64,000 bases of DNA from the human T2T-CHM13v2.0 reference genome, Homo sapiens. How positions within the stretch are numbered: position 1 is the stretch's first letter; each line of letters begins with the position of its first letter. Location: assembly GCF_009914755.1 (NCBI RefSeq), contig NC_060933.1. One strand, 5' to 3'. Below, one piece after another: positions 43,845-57,063 of the stretch. The notes below the pieces were generated by a model. That model did no database searches and was not told the origin of the DNA. It was given only the letters and a program-made list of their open reading frames with translations. Made by a program: the position numbers and the translations under genes.

Positions 43845-44249
43845 GATGGTAAAAGGGGGTTTAGAGATGTGATGAAGTCCAGGATCTTGATATAGGGATA
43901 TTCTAGATCATCCTGGTGGGCCATAAGTAAGTATAGTCACAAAGTTCTTATAAGAGGGCAATAAGAAGGTCAAAGAAGGAAGAAGGTGACTTGATGATGG
44001 AACAGAGGGAGAAAAGGTCATGTGTTGAGGGGCCGCAAGCTAAGGAATGTGGATAGCTTCTAGAATCTGGAAGAGGCAAGGAAATGGATTATCTCCTAGA
44101 GCCTGCAGAAGGAGCCAGCCCTACTGACACATTGATGTCAGCCAAGACACATTTCAAACTTCTAACCTCCAGAACTATTAAGACAATGGATTTGTGTTTC
44201 AAGCCACTAAGCCTGTAGTAATTATGGTAGTAATATAAACTAATACACA
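43845..44249 (+). mobile_element. MLT1C/D-type MaLR LTR
   Basis: AAGGAATGTGG...CTAGAATCTGGAAGAGGCAAGGAAATGGATTATCTCCTAGAGCCT...AAGCCACTAAG...AAACTAATACA. Confidence 0.85.
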
Positions 44250-44359
44250 GCCCCTAATGTTCATAATGCCAAGGTTGAAAAATCCTAGTATAGAATGTAA
44301 TTTCTATGAGTTAAAAAGTATACAAAACCGTACTCTTTATATACTACTTACATATTTAA

Positions 44360-46326
44360 TTTTAATTATTTTGAATTGAAAAACTGCATATATTATTACA
44401 ACATGTTTTGAAATATGTGTACATTTTGGAATGGCTAAATAGAGCAAATTAATGTATGCATTATCTATATGATTGTCACTTTTTGTGGTAAGAACACTTA
44501 GTTTACTCTCAGTGACTTTCAAGAATACAATGCATTGTTATGAACTGTAGTCACCATGCTATGCAATAGAGCTTTAGAACTTATTCCTCCTATCTGAAAT
44601 TTTGTATTCTTTGAGCAACATCTCCCCAAACTGCCCTATTCTTCCCTCAAGCCTCTAGTAACCAACATTCTACTCTCTGCTTTTATTAGTTCAGCTTTTT
44701 TAGATTCCACATATAAGTGAGATCATGTGATCTTTTTGTGGCTGCCTTATTTCACTTAACGTCCTCCACTTTCATTCATATTGTTGCAAATAATAGTTTC
44801 CATCTTTTAAAAAGCTGAAGAGTATTCCACTGTGTATATATACCACACTTTCTTTATCCATTCATCTGCTGATGAACACGTAGGTTAATTTTAGGTTAAT
44901 TCTATATCTTGGCTATTGTGAATAATCCTGCAGTGAACATGGTCTTTCATACATCTCTTCAACATGCTAATTTCAAATCTTTTGGATATATATTCAGAAG
45001 TGGGGTTGCTGGATCATATGGTAGCTCTATTTTTAACTTTATGAGGAATATCTATACAGTTTTCCATAGTGGCTGTACTAATTTACATCTCCACTAAGCA
45101 TCTACAAGGGTTCCCTTTTCTCCACAGCCTTGCCCACACTTGCTATCTTTCGTCTTATCAGTGATAGTCATTCTGACAGAGGTGAGGTGATATTTCATTA
45201 TGATTTTTATTTGTATTTTCCTAATAATTAGTGATTTTGAATATTTTTTCATATACCTGTTGGCCATTTGAATGTCATTTTGAGAAATACCTGTCCTACT
45301 CCTTTGCTGACTTTTTAATTGGGTTGTTTTCCTGCTCTTGAGTTGCTTGAGTTCCTTATATATTTGGATCTTAACGGCTTATCAGACATATGGTTTGCAA
45401 ATATTTTCTCCCATTTTATAGGTTATCTCTTTACCCTCCCTGTTCCTTGCTTCCTTTACTGTTCAGAAGCTTTTTAGTTTGATGTAAGCCATTTGTCTAT
45501 CTTTGCTTTCATTGCCTGAGATTTGGGGGTCAATTTTTTCTTAAAAATTGGCCAGACCAATGTTATGTAGCTTTTCCCTGAGTTTACCTCTAGTTGTTTT
45601 ACAGTTTCAGGTCTTCTGTTTAAGTTTTTAATCCATTTTGAGTTGATTTTTGCTTCTAGTATGAGATAAGGGTCCAATATTATTCTTTTGGATGAGGATA
45701 TCCAATTTTCTCAGCATCATTTATTGAAAAAGCTGTCCTTTTCTCATTGTGTATTCTTGGCATCTTTGTTGAAAATCAATTGTACTGAAGTCTTTTATCA
45801 GTTAAAAAAATTAACTAGCTCTAAATGCATACATTTATCTCTGAGTGCTCTGTTTTGTTCCATTGGGTCTGTATGTCTGTTTTCTTTGCCATACTATCCT
45901 GTTTTGGTTACTATAGCTTTGTATGTAGTTTGAAATTGGGTAGTAAAATTCCCTGCAGCTTTGTTCTTTTTACTCAAGATTGTTTTGGCTATTTGGAAAC
46001 TTCTGCGGTTCTATACAACTTTTAGAATTGTTTCCTCTATTTTTGTGAAAAATATCATTGGAATTTTGATAGGTATTGCACTAAATCTGTAGGTTGCTTT
46101 GAGTGGTATGGATATTTCAACAATATTAATACATTTTCATTTATTTTTGTCTGGTGTTGCTTTTATCAATGATACGTAATTTTCAATGTACAGTTCTTTC
46201 ACGTCCTTGGTTAATTTATTCCTAAGTATTTTATATTTTTTGTAAATGTGTTTACATTTTTTTGGATAGTTCATCTTATTGTATAGAAACAGTACTGATT
46301 TTTTACATGTTGATTTTGGATCCTGC
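44360..46326 (-). mobile_element. L1MA-family LINE (3'UTR + ORF2 C-terminus)
   Basis: Antisense 3'UTR GGAATGGCTAAATAGAGC...TTTGTGGTAAGAACACTT; ORF2 remnants (DPYL..KINSKWIKNLN, 45474-45677). Confidence 0.9.
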
Positions 46327-46329
46327 AAA

Positions 46330-46645
46330 AATATACTGTATATATTTTAATGAAGTTCTACATATTTACTTAAAATTGACCATCATCCCTGGGATTGATA
46401 CATACCAACTTCAAGATTGCAGTAAACTTGGTGAGGTAGAAGGACAGGAAGGTGAAGGTGGGGCAGTAAGGTGGGGGCTATGATTAGGCTTTAACTGTGT
46501 CTGTAAAGAAAAGAAAAAGCCTCTGTAAACATAGCAAAATGTTAATATACGTTAACTCTGGTTGGTGAGTACATACATGTGTTTCCGTTACGCTTTCAAT
46601 ATTATTTATGTATCATTTGAAATACTTTATAAATAAAAATATTTT
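46330..46645 (+). mobile_element. Old L1M 3'UTR fragment
   Basis: GGCTTTAACTGTGTCTGTAA...GCAAAATGTTAATA...CTGGTTGGTGAGTACATA...TTTGAAATACTTTATAAATAAAA. Confidence 0.55.
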
Positions 46646-48865
46646 TAAAAATTATTGAATTTCTGTAATTTCAGCTTTCTCTCACCTCCTAGTAGCTAAA
46701 GTCAATGGTAAAATTGGTCTGGAGTAGGTGCTGCACCCCAGGGAAAGATCATGGCCTGGCAGTAGGTGCTGCATTCTGTATTCTGCTATCTTTCTGGCTG
46801 ATTTGTAATTGTTCACATTGCTGGCAGAGTTGTCCTGTATTATATGATAAGAGACAAAATCCTACTGTGGGGGTCTTTTGTGCTTGGCCCCTTCTCAGGA
46901 CATTTCTTCTTCCCCAAACCCCTCCATTTCAGGAACCATGGGATGCTATATATTTTGTTCTTCCCCTAAGCGGCTACACCTGGCAGAATCTCTGAAAAGG
47001 GCTTCTTTCCCTAGGTGTCCTACAATCTGTTCATGCATACATCTTTGTGTCTGTGAAGACCAGGGCCAGACTAAGGCTTTGGGCTTCATAGATCTTGTTA
47101 TTCATGTTTTTCCCAAGTGGCAGAGGCATATTTTAATTTTAAGATGGTCTAGTCCAAAGGACAGTCAGATGGGTTTTACAATTGACTCCTAGGAGCCTTA
47201 AGTCTCACATTTGAAAAAAATTATAATTTCAACTTTTATTTTAGATTCAGGAGGTACATGTACAGGTTTGTTACATGGGTATATTGTATGATGCTAAGAT
47301 TTGGGGTACAAATGATCCCATCACCCAGGTAGTAAGCACAGTATCCAATAGGCAGCTTTTCACCCCTTGTCCCCCACCTCTCTCCGTCATCTAGTAGTCC
47401 CAAGTGTCTATTGTTGCCATCTTTATGTCCATGAGTACCCAATGTCCAGCCCCACTCATAAGCGAGAACATGCAGTATTGAGTTTTCTGTTCTGCAATTA
47501 TTCACTGCTGTGTATTATTTCATGGTGTATATGTACCACATTTTCTTTATCCAGCCCACCATTGGTGGGCACCTAGGTTGATTCCATGTCTTTGATGTTA
47601 TGAATAGTGCTGTGATGAACATATGAGTGCAGATGTCTTCTTGGTAGAATGATTTCTTTTCATTTGGGTATTTATACACTGTGTATATTTAGGTACATAC
47701 CTAGTAATGGATTGCTGGATTGAATGGTAATTCTGTTTTAAGTTCTTGTGAAATCTCCAAATTGCTTTCCACAATGGTTGAACTAATTTACATTCCCACC
47801 AACAGTGCATAAGCATTCCCTTTTCTCCACAGCCTTGCCAACATCTGTTATTTTTTGACTTTCTCATAAAAGCCATTCTGACTGGTGTGAGGTGGTATCT
47901 CATTGCAGGTTTGATTTGCATTTCTCTGATGATTAGTTTGAAGTTGAGTAGTCTGATGCCTCTGGCTCTGTACTTTTTGCTTAGGGTTGCTTTGGCTATT
48001 TGAACCCTTTCTTTGGTTCTATATGAAATTTAGAATAGTTTTCTTCTAATTCTGTAAAAAATGTCACTGGTAGTTTGATAAGAATGGTGTTGAATAAGTA
48101 GAATGCTCTAGGCAGTATGGTCATTTTACCGATATTGATTCTTCCAATCCATGAGCATGGAATGTTTTTCCATTTGTTTGTGTCACCTGTGATTTCTTTC
48201 AGCACAGTGTTGTAGTTCTCCTTGTAAAGATCTTTCACCTCTTTTGTTAGATGTAGTCCAAGGTTTGTTTGGGGGGTGGCTATTGTAAATGGAAATGTTC
48301 TTGATTTGGCTCTTAGCTTGAATGTTATTGGTGTGTAGAAATGCTACTGATTCTTGTACATTGAGTTTTGTATCCTGAAACTTTACTGAACTTGTTTATT
48401 AGTTCTAGGAGCCTGTTTGTGGAGTCTTGAGGGTTTTCTAGGTATAGAATTTTGTTGTCAGTGAACAGAGATAATTTGGCTTATATTTTTTCCTGTTCGT
48501 ATGCCTTTCATTTCTTTCTCTTGCCTGATTGTTCTAGCTAAGACTTCTGGCCATCCTTGTCTTGGTCCTATTCTTAAGGGGAATGCTTTCAGCTTTTGCC
48601 CATTTATTATGATATTGGCTATGGGTTTGCCATAGATGGTTCTTACTATTTTGAGGTGTTTTCTTTTAATACCTAGTTTGTTGAGAGTTTTTATTATGAA
48701 GCAATGCTGGATTTTATTGAAAGCGTTTTCTGCATCTATTAAGATGGTCCTATGGTTTTTTGCTTTAGTTCTGTTTATCTGGTGAATCACATTTATTGAT
48801 TTGTGTATGTTGAACCAACCTTGGATCCCAGTGATGGAGTCTACTTTGTCATTGTGTATTAACTA

Positions 48866-49006
48866 TTTTTTTAAGTAAATCTGATTTATCTTAGGGAGAA
48901 AATATTCAGAAGCTGAAGAGGTCAACACCTATATTCTCAAGCATCAGAAGGAAAACAAGCCCCATAAGCATGATTACTGTATTTCAGAGGCAAAGGCAAC
49001 ACCAGC
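48866..49006 (-). pseudogene. Short orphan retroposed insert (unknown source RNA 3' end)
   Basis: Non-L1 sequence splitting L1 ORF2; TSD GTATTAACTATTT / GAATTAACTTTTT; A7 tail preceded by GATAAA on the minus strand. Confidence 0.65.
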
Positions 49007-49490
49007 GAATTAACTTTTTGATGTGCTGCTGCATTCTGTTTGCTAGTATTTTGTTGAGAATTTTTGTATCTATGTTTATCAGGGATATTGACCTGAAGTT
49101 TTCTTTTTTGTTGTGTCTTTGCCAGATTTTGGTATCAGGGTAATGCTGGCTTCATAGAATGAGTTAGGCAGGATGCTCTCTCTCTTTCTGTCAATATTTT
49201 GGAATAGTTTCAGTAGAATTGGTACTGGCTCTTCTTTGTATATCTGGTAGAATTTGGCTGTGAATCCCTCTGGTTCAGGGGTTTTTTTGGTTGGCAGGTT
49301 TTTTATTACTGATTCAATTTCAGAATTCAATACTGGCCAGTTCAGAGTTTCAGTGTATTCCTGATTCAATCTTGGGAGATTATGTGTTTCCAAGAATTTA
49401 TCCATTTTCTCTAGATGTTCTAGTTCGTGTGCGTAGAGGTGCTTATAATAGTTTCTGTGGGTCTTTTGTATTTCTGAGGGCTTGTTGTAA

Positions 49491-49847
<357 letters not shown>

Positions 49848-52424
49848 TCTTTTTCTTTGTTAATCTAGCAACAGTCTATCAATCTTGTTTATTCGTTGAA
49901 AGAACAACTTTTGGTTTTGGTGATCCTTTGTATAGGTTTTTGAGTCTCAATTTTATTCATTTCTGCTCTGATTTTAGTTTTTTTTTTTTTTCTGCTACCT
50001 TTGGGATTAGTTTGTTTCTGTGTTCCTGTAGGAATGATGTTAGATCATTAATTTGAGATCTTTCTAACTTTTTGATGTAGGTGTTTAGCACTGTAACCTT
50101 TCTTCTTAATACTGCTTTTGCTGCATCCCAGAGATTTTGATATGTTGTGTATCTGTCTTTACTTATTTCAATGATCTTTTTTATTTCTGCTTTAATTTCA
50201 TTGTTTATCCAAAAGTCATTCAGGAGCAAGTTGTTTAATTTCCCTGTAATTGTGTGCTTTTGAGAGATCTTCTTTGTATTGGGTTCTATTTTTATTCCAC
50301 GCTGGTGCAAGTGTATGTTTGGTGAGATTTTGATTTTTTTTGAATTTACAGAGACTAGCTTTATGACCAAGCATGTGATCAATCTTACAGTATGTTCATT
50401 GTGCAGATGAGAAGGTATATTCTGTGGTTGATAGGTGCAGTATTTGGTAGATGTCTACACAGTTCATTTGGTTGAGTGTCAAATTTAAGTTCAGAACTTC
50501 TGTTAGTTTTCTGCCTTGATGATCTAACACTGTCAGTGGGGTGTTGAGGTCCTCCATTATAATTGTCTGGCTAAATATTTTTGTAGGTCTGGAAGTACTT
50601 GTTTTATAAAGCTGGGTGCTCCAATGTTGGGTGCATCTATATTTAGGGTAGTTAAGCCTTCTTGTTGAATTGAACTCTTTATCATTTATGTGATGCCATT
50701 TGTCATTTTTTTCTTTTCTTTCTTTTTTTTTACTGCTATTTTTTACTGTCCTTTTTTTCTTTGATATAAGAATATACTTTTTTATAACCACCTGTTGAAA
50801 AAAAATCAAAATTAAATGCCATTTCAATTCTATTAATTCAGTCTTGGTTAATTCCCAGGTATGTTAAAAAATTCCTAGTGGGATGTTCTGAAGTTTTAAT
50901 AGCCATTTCTTCCAAGCTGACAGACACAAATCCATTGCAATGCATTGAGATCTCTATAAGGTAAAAATAAATGAACATGATCTCACAGAGACCCCTGATC
51001 TTTTGGGGTTTGTTCTTAATCTAAATTCCACGGGAGAATGCTTTCTCTTGTAAAACCTTTTTATTATTGTACAATGTTCATTATTGAAAAATCATAGATT
51101 TGAGTACAAGAATCAGTTATTAGCCTTCTCCATTTCCCTTCAAATGGTAAGACTTGTATTTTTGTTATTTATGTTCACTGGAATAAATAAGAGAATTGAT
51201 TTTTTTTTCTGGGTACATTTTTATGTATTTATATACTAGCAGATCAAGCATGGTCTAGTTTTCAACCAGCTAGTCCTTCAAAGTATTTTTTCAGACAAAA
51301 ATTTAACCTCAAACTGGTGTGAGTTTTTAGAATTCCATGGGGGATATTAAGTGCTTCTATAATATTTTAGAGAGATTCCCATGAGGAGATCTGCAGCTTT
51401 AAATTCCAAGTGTCCCATGGCTTAATCCTTTAGGAGTAATAAGAGAAAATGAGGTAATCTTAGTGGGCAAGCTATGCTTCACTCCATACAAATGATTCCC
51501 ATTTCTGTTCAGTCTCATCCTTAGAAAATAAATACTTTCCTCTAGAAACTGAGAATGAATCAGAATGACTTATTGATTCTTGAAAAAGCCCACTACAGAT
51601 AAATTCATTCAAAGGCTGCTCTAGGTTTAAGTTTGCTGGAAACTATTAGCAGAAGTATTGAAAGGTATTTTCCTAACAGTACTTCATTTGAAGTGTTAAG
51701 AAAGACTTGGATTAATAGCAGAAAGGGTCCTTACAATACAAGAATAAAGAAATAGTTATTTTACCCTGGGCCAAAGGACGCCAGAGAGATAATCACACAC
51801 ACATAAAAAATCTTAAGTGCTAATTCTGGCTCACAAAATGCTCTGTGGTATGTCTCAGACCTCTACATCACCACGTCAAGCAGGTGGACCTAAGCTTGCT
51901 CCTGTCTGAAGTGTGGCATGGCAGAAAGCCACAGAGTTTAGGCAGAACCCCTAATCAAGGGACTTTGCTTAATTTGAACAATCTCTTCTCTGAGATTTAT
52001 TTTCTTTTATATATAATTGGGCTAAATGATTTTTAAATTCCTTTCCATCTCTCAAATTCTATTCCCTCATCAGTTGCATTTTCTCAGCGATGAGTCCAGA
52101 GATTTCTGAGCTAAATCTCAGGTGAGAAGAACATGTGGTGAACTCCAAAACTTTACACAACAGCTTTACAGAGCATAACTAGGGGTGGCAACATAGCATC
52201 TAACTGTTAGACTCTCTTATCACGTTCCCAGGGTTTGAGTCTCAGGTTTACCACTCACTAGGTGTGTGATATAGGGTAGGTGCTTTGGTCTTTGTGAGCC
52301 CTGTTTCTTCATCTGTAAAGGGGATCCTACTAGTACATGCTCCATAGTTGCTATGATGATTAAAGGAGATCATCTTATAAAGCCCTTAGAAGTATGTATT
52401 TTTCATAGAGAGGATGCAACCTAT

Positions 52425-53030
52425 GTGTAACACTCAGGGTTTGATCAAATAAAGAGAACTTTAGAAATGATACGAACATAGGGCTTATCAAAGGGGATTC
52501 CAGACAATTTCTGGAAGCTGCTGCTTCTGTATCTAGTGTTGGACCTAAAGTCATTTGGGAAAAGTATTAGGAAGGAAAGATGAATGTAAAGTGGGAGAGG
52601 GCAAGGAGAAAGGAGAACACACAAGGGAGAACTGAAACTTGGGTTTGGTGGCTCACTTACTCGAAGCTTCCCACTGCAGTGATGTCAATCTCCTCCTTTC
52701 AGAGCCAAACACGCATGGCCCAGGAGTAGGAGAAATTGAAGAACGAGATCCTGCAATAGCTAACAGAGCAACATGGTTAGTCAGTGGCCCCTGCCAACAA
52801 AGTGAGGCAGCAGATCAGCAGCAGATCAGCAGCAAATTGTGTGAGTTGCAACAGTGCCTGGTGTACCACTCTGTGCTTCTGAGCACAAGAGAATATGGCT
52901 GCCTCACTTCCGCTTTCCAAATTTGTGTAACATCTCTTTTGTCTCATATTAACCTGGAACTATGCAAGGAAAGGAATTCTAGGAAATGTAGATTCCAGCT
53001 TAGTTAAGTTGATATAGTATGAATACACTG
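52425..53030 (-). mobile_element. Ancient LTR (same family as 6890-7440)
   Basis: AACCTGGAACTATGCAAGGAAAGGAATTCTAGGAAATGTAG..CCAGCTTAG..AAGTTGA is the reverse of the block at 6915-6980. Confidence 0.55.
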
Positions 53031-53364
53031 CATGATGTTAGCTATTAACAGTTTTTCATCTTCAGAAACACTTCTCTAAAAATTCTTTCTAAAATGGCCT
53101 CTCTTACCCCAAGCCATTTAAGCCATTCTCTATCACAGTCTATCCAGAATCACTTTACTTATTTATCCAGTATTTACATATTTATATTGTGTGTTGCCAG
53201 ACTAGAATAGAAGCTCCAATGAAGACTGGAATGTACTTAGTTACCACTATATCCTCAGAAAATTGTGCCTAGACTATAGTAGCTTCTCAGCAAATATTTA
53301 GTGAACATGGTTGAACTATAATGTGAATCAAGGTGGGAGTCATTTTGAAAATTTAGCATCCTGA

Positions 53365-53675
<311 letters not shown>

Positions 53676-53784
53676 GAAAATTTAACATCCTGAATCTGAT
53701 CCCAGTGTTTAGGTTGTGGTCAAAGGCATGCAAACATTCTGAAAACTATTACATGCCAGGCTCTATGCTAAACTCTTTGCAGGT

Positions 53785-54207
53785 TGAATTAGGTAGGATA
53801 ATGTTGTCTGCTATAATAAAGCTCAAAATTTTAGTGGCTTCTCACAATACAAGTTTTTCTTAGCTCATGGGTGCTCCTGGTTGATGAGTGACTTTCCTTT
53901 TCATAGTGTCTCGGTGATCCAGGCTGTTTCTATCACATGAAGACATCTTCCCACAGGACATTGTTATCCTTTGCCTTCAGCTAGTAGAAGCTAGGGACAG
54001 GACACGTTGGTACTTAAAAGTCCTGGCCTGGAAGAGAAATATATCACTTCTCCTCGCATTTCACTGGGGAAAGGTGGTGACATATTACCCCTGGATGCAA
54101 GGAGTGATTGGTAGATGTGATTCCTGCCTAGGAAGTTGCTTCCCACTTACAATATCATACTAAGGGGGAACACAAGTTTTATTAGACAGTTAGATGTGTC
54201 TACCACC
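53785..54207 (-). mobile_element. MLT1I/J-type LTR nested in a MIR
   Basis: CAAAATTTTAGTGGCTT...TTTCTTAGCTCATG...GGCCTGGAAG...TCACTTC; MIR halves at ~53730-53780 and ~54210-54380. Confidence 0.6.
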
Positions 54208-55589
54208 TATATGCTGTTTAATCTCCACAGTAATCTTATAAGGTAGGTGCTATTAATGTTCCCATTTTACATATGAAGTTTATCTGAAAAGCAAGTAACC
54301 TGCCCAAAGTCACACAATTCAGAATTACAATTTTGAGCCAAAGAGATTCAAATCTGCGCTCTTAACTCCATAATACACTTCCTCTCAACTCATGAGAGTT
54401 CTAAGACAACTTGTTAATGGACTGGATTCTTTGAAAATTTCAGCTAGGATTCTGATAGGTAAAACCTATTAGAGATTGCCTACAATGTATGATAAGCAAT
54501 AGGTCAAGTCCTCAAAATGAAAGCAAGTTTTAAAGTATTATTGATAGCATGATGTGGCTATTATTTCTGCAGGTTAATTGATGAATGTTGTTTCAAACAG
54601 AAAATGTTTAATGAGTTTGCATCTTTACAAATGCATATTTTAAATAGAGATATTTGAACCACGAAATAATTTGGGTTGTTTCTCACAAAAAAAGATAAAT
54701 AAATTTGCATTTGTGCTACCCATTTGGAGAGTTGAGAGAAAGATTGGAAACTTGTGGCTTGTCTGGTTCCCATGGGTCATATTGATGGCACACAAGCATC
54801 GGGAGCATTTCCTGAGGAATTGCCAGTGTGTCTGTATTGATGGATGGAAACTACCACTGAACAATGCAGGTGGGTTCCAAAACTACCAAGCCCTTGGTTT
54901 AAAGTCAAACACAAATCTGGTTGGCACTACATAATGTTAGCTCAATTATGCTCCTCTCAAATAGGAGATTGAATATGTAGTATGTGCCAAAGTGATGCTT
55001 CAAAATCTAAATATAATATAGATTCACAAACTTAACAAGTGCTTTAGAAACTGCAAACCAGGACCCGTGGTTCAAGGCAGTGTAGATTTCTAGAAATTCT
55101 TTTATGCTTCCCACTTCAGAAACCAAACAGATAGGGATGTATGTGAAACCTCAGGGAAATCAGAATAAATATGTAGAGTCTTGAAATATTCACCTTTATT
55201 TGTCACATATAACAAGAATTCGAACTGCCATAAATAGCAAATACTCAAGAACTTTAAGTTGCTTAGTGTTACAGGCTTGGCTTACCAGGTGTAGTTTCTG
55301 TACCTAAAATGAGCAAGTTCAAGAAGGAAAGTAAAGGCCAGAGTCAAAAATTTTTCATTTTTCTGTATTGAGAGAATTTGATACTTTATCTAGAAAATGA
55401 CAGCAAAATAGAAAAGGATAAATGAGTTAGAAAAAAAATTGGCTAGACTAATGAGTCATAAAAATCATCCAGGAGAAGCCAAATGTGTGATACTTGTTAA
55501 AATTATGCAAGGATCTTTTATCCTTGTGGACTTTATTGTTGAGCTAATAATAATATTAATTTAGCAGAAAAGTTGATTTTTACAATGCA

Positions 55590-55830
55590 GCTGTGTGGCG
55601 CAGTGGTGAAGAGCATGTCATTAATGGTGAGATTAGATCTTGGTTTAGATTCTAGACCTTCCACTTACTATCCATGCATCCTTGAGAAAGTCACTTAGCC
55701 TAAGAATTAGGTTACTTATCTATAAGTGGTTAAAGGAGAGGTGGACTAATTAAATCAACTAATCATTTAAACCTCTCAGTACACTCCTTGGCATGTACTA
55801 AATCCATGTAAATGATAATTGTTAATTTAA
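55590..55830 (+). mobile_element. MIR SINE
   Basis: GTGGCGCAGTGGTGAAGAGCATG...CCACTTACTA...AAAGTCACTTA. Confidence 0.75.
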
Positions 55831-56964
55831 TGACTCTTCTTAGTCAAATATTACATGAAAAGCGTGTGGGTCTTAAGAAATGTGAAACCAGTCTCCATAA
55901 AAGCTCTCTGCTTTCTAGAACATACACAATTGTCTGGAAAGCAAATTCTTGATGTAGCTTGTTCCTCATGATTTGAATCCCCTACCCAGGACTCTATGTC
56001 ACCTTCAGGTTCTCTTCACATCTAGGTATTCTCGGCTATTTGTTTTACATGACACTAGACACATCCATGATGGAGATGGAGGAAGAAAGGGTGGTTCTGA
56101 AAGAGTTATCTCTGTGGGTGGAAAAAGCTGAGTATTCCCTGCAAGGTTCTTGTGTCGGGACATTGAGGATGACTCAGAGATTAGTAGGATGTGACATACG
56201 GGAGGTTCCGAGAAATAAAATTCATTGCTTTTATTTCAGCCTCATTGTCCAAATGAATCTTCCATATTGTGAGCCAAGAGAGTTTCTTACTACGAAGATT
56301 CTCCTCTCATAAATTTACTCCTGTGAGAAGTTGTCAAAAGCAGAGCCAAGATTGTGATCAACATGGATCATAATACTTATCAAAGTTGTCATCCTTCCTG
56401 AATCTCTCTCATTTTTGCATGTCTAGCCATCAGCCCCTGTTCCTTTATTTTAAAGCTTACACATCACCATTAAATTAAAATGTAGCAATTATTTATGACC
56501 TTTCAGTGCATTTATTTTTTTCTTGAAAGGCTTGTCTATGCTTGCTATTACAACTTTTGATAGCTAGGCAGTTAAATGAGAAAGACAATCTTCTGTATCA
56601 TGATTTAGACTGAGGCAACTTACATTCTTAATGGTGTAAGCACTTTTGTCTGCTACTAGTAGAATGGATACATATGAGGGCTGTTAATTTAGCTGTAATG
56701 TGGGCTGCGTGGGAAAAGCTATAGGAGTTCTATTTAGTTGGTAGTAAACAACTTCGGAATCAATGTGTTTTTCTTTACTGAAGACTTGCTTAGTGCATTG
56801 GAAAAAAAATTCTATTAGTTTGCCTCATTTAGTAGTCACCACGCAGCCTGATGTGTGAGCCAGTGACACCCATTAAGGCCGGCATGACTGTTTGTAGCAA
56901 AATGAACTGAACCATCTGAATTCAACCCCAGCGTCATCATTCAGCAGGCCAGACAGAGCCATGA

Positions 56965-57063
56965 TTTAGGATTTTCCCAACATTTTATGGCAATTTGTTT
57001 CATTTGCCGCAGGCCCGTAACGATGCAAATTGCCATAAAGTGGGATAATCAGGCAGTAGAAGT
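56965..57063. repeat. Imperfect palindrome/hairpin, probably the ancient conserved MER135-like element
   Basis: TTTATGGCAATTTG (56984-56997) is the exact reverse complement of CAAATTGCCATAAA (57026-57039); outer arms GATTTTCCCA / TGGGATAATC; family name from memory. Confidence 0.7.

Noticed and set aside
45773-45820. ~35-nt insert with a short A-run in L1MA
   Set aside because: The flanking duplication is too diverged to call a TSD.
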